A stretch of 64,000 bases of DNA from an uncultured Anaerolineales bacterium (GTDB taxonomy: Bacteria; Chloroflexota; Anaerolineae; Anaerolineales; E44-bin32): the NCBI GenBank assembly GCA_965195195.1, contig CBDAFF010000010.1, forward strand, positions 41,630 to 105,629. Direction: 5' to 3'. Under the pieces are notes generated by a model. That model made no database searches. It worked only from the letters and a program-made list of their open reading frames with translations, and was not told where the DNA came from. Positions 62,630 to 64,000 of the stretch are shown in pieces. Numbering within the stretch: position 1 is the first letter of the stretch; each line of letters begins with the position of its first letter. A program made the translations under genes and the position numbers.

Positions 62630-63435
62630 GGTCGGGAATGACGATTGATCAAACGATCCTGCTCATGACGATCATTTTCGGGTTGGGTGTATTGGTTGCC
62701 GTTCGTGTTGGCTGGGTACAAATCCAGGCGGCACGGAAATTACCCTATTATCTTCTGCGCAAAGAGCGGATGCTCGTCGGGTGGCGTTGGTTTGCACTTG
62801 CTGCTGTGTTTGTCGTTGCGGGCATCGTGTCGGCGTCTCTTGGGCGCAGGGCTGTCTATGCACTATATCCCCCAACTCCCTCCATCACGCCAACCGCAAC
62901 GAAAACTTCCACGCCCACAATAACGCCAACTCTAAAAAACACAAACACACCGACGATTACGCTCACATCCACGATTACCCCGACGGCAACGCAGACGCCC
63001 ACACCATCGCTCCCGGATGAGATCCGCATTCTCCTCTTACGTGAGACACAGACTCCTGATCCCGAGGCGGTCTTCAGTCCCGTGCTGGTGGCTCGGCGGA
63101 TCGATCGTCAAAATCTTCCGATCGGAGCGTCTGATGTTTTTACGAACCCAGTCAGAAGGCTGTTCGGGACATTCAGCTATAACTATCTCACCGACGGTTT
63201 GCGATGGACTGCAATCTGGTATGCCGGATCGGAATTGATCTGTTTGGAAACCCATGCGTGGGATGGGGGAACCGGTGGTTATGGATATACAGAGTGTGAA
63301 CCGGGAGCCTGGTTTCCTGGAGAGCATGAGGTCCAGATTTTCTTGGGCGAAACGTGGAGGGTCTCAGCGCAGTTCACAATTGAAGGTGATCCTCCAACTC
63401 CGACATTGACACCAAGTCCGACTATGCAACCCTGA
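62626..63435 (+). CDS. Hypothetical membrane protein with a Pro/Thr-rich linker
   Basis: Two TM helices, TPT repeats, C-terminal beta domain WDGGTGGYG. Confidence 0.75.
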   Translation: MRSGMTIDQTILLMTIIFGLGVLVAVRVGWVQIQAARKLPYYLLRKERMLVGWRWFALAAVFVVAGIVSASLGRRAVYALYPPTPSITPTATKTSTPTITPTLKNTNTPTITLTSTITPTATQTPTPSLPDEIRILLLRETQTPDPEAVFSPVLVARRIDRQNLPIGASDVFTNPVRRLFGTFSYNYLTDGLRWTAIWYAGSELICLETHAWDGGTGGYGYTECEPGAWFPGEHEVQIFLGETWRVSAQFTIEGDPPTPTLTPSPTMQP

Positions 63436-63546
63436 TCCCGGGTTAAGTACTGGCACTTTGATTTGCTTGTGAATTGGGGGAACATCAATTCTGACCATCG
63501 AGTCTTTGCTAACTCTAGATGGTGTACCGGTGACACGGTGTGGCAT

Positions 63547-63656
63547 TTAACCTCCCGCAGGTTTAGAAACTGCGGGAGGTTAACGCGCAAACCTCAAGGC
63601 GCAGGCAGCACCTGCAACCGGAGGTAAAGTAAAGACGCAGCATGCTGCGTCTCTAC
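63547..63656. repeat. Cluster of REP-like palindromes
   Basis: TTAACCTCCCGCAG-9-CTGCGGGAGGTTAA (63547-63583) and GTAAAGACGCAGCATGCTGCGTCTCTAC (63629-63656). Confidence 0.6.
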
Positions 63657-63856
63657 GGATGGGGCATATGCCCGGTCGGCTGAGGGCTAGCATTGCCCTA
63701 CCGGGTTCTTACTATTTGCAATCTTGCTCACCAAAAAATCCATGCGGCGGCAGGAGAAAACTCCGTGATTCGAGGGATGATTGACTCGTCAGAGATATCC
63801 ATGGTTATGTTACCTATCCACAACAATTGGAGGAGAACCAATGCGGATAGCAGTTC

Positions 63857-64000
63857 TTACAGCGAGCGAATGAGATTCGTCAGCGCGGTGTAGCCTCTTT
63901 CTAGCGGTGGTATTTCAATATATTCATGAGGGGTATGCGCACCGTCACCTCTTGTTAAGCCGATGCAAATAGCGGGATACCCCTTGCTTAAAGGGGCATT
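63857..64000 (-). CDS. C-terminal end of an M20/M25/M40 metallopeptidase (partial)
   Basis: Manual translation NAPLSKGYPAICIGLTRGDGAHTPHEYIEIPPLERGYTALTNLIRSL*, with the AH-x2-(H/D)E motif of M20 C-termini. Confidence 0.8.
   Translation of the reverse strand, partial: NAPLSKGYPAICIGLTRGDGAHTPHEYIEIPPLERGYTALTNLIRSL

Noticed and set aside
62870-63010. Short ACG/CCG-rich repeats here and at about 39300-39410
   Set aside because: They encode Pro/Thr linkers; no constant repeat-spacer structure, so not a CRISPR array

Overview
Mostly core and housekeeping chromosome of a bacterium that looks like Chloroflexota (Anaerolineae-like). That placement is an inference from protein styles such as Pro/Thr-linker lipoproteins, EtfA and RpoC insertions, and a GH-SnoaL fusion. 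The window holds a TetR-SDR cluster with a truncated ABC permease; an mtaB-yqeY-pgpH-ybeY-dgkA block; an acyl-CoA dehydrogenase/ETF/menA-like block; a small accessory patch next to tRNA-Arg(CCG) with a frameshifted rhodanese and an ABC-2 transporter; a TetR-headed fatty-acid beta-oxidation cluster; a TIGR03960/TIGR03936-like radical SAM pair; tRNA-Glu(CTC); ruvB-queA; a stand-alone rpoC followed by rplU-rpmA-rpmE-tdk-hpt-tRNA nucleotidyltransferase; dinB; an ECF sigma/ZAS anti-sigma with redox genes; and a GH36. I saw no CRISPR array, prophage or intact transposase. The most striking observations are: (1) ribosomal protein bL31 fused to an RNA polymerase alpha-CTD-like domain, directly downstream of an rpoB-less rpoC and a bL21 with a histone-H1-like tail; (2) an unannotated 17-19 aa ORF behind queA with an extreme Shine-Dalgarno, SD-sequestering hairpins and tandem queuosine-dependent codons; (3) a loop-deleted, probably CC-only tRNA nucleotidyltransferase; (4) a heteromeric ACAD pair; (5) a TetR operator palindrome shared by two loci. 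All product calls come from motif recognition by eye, and no database search was run.
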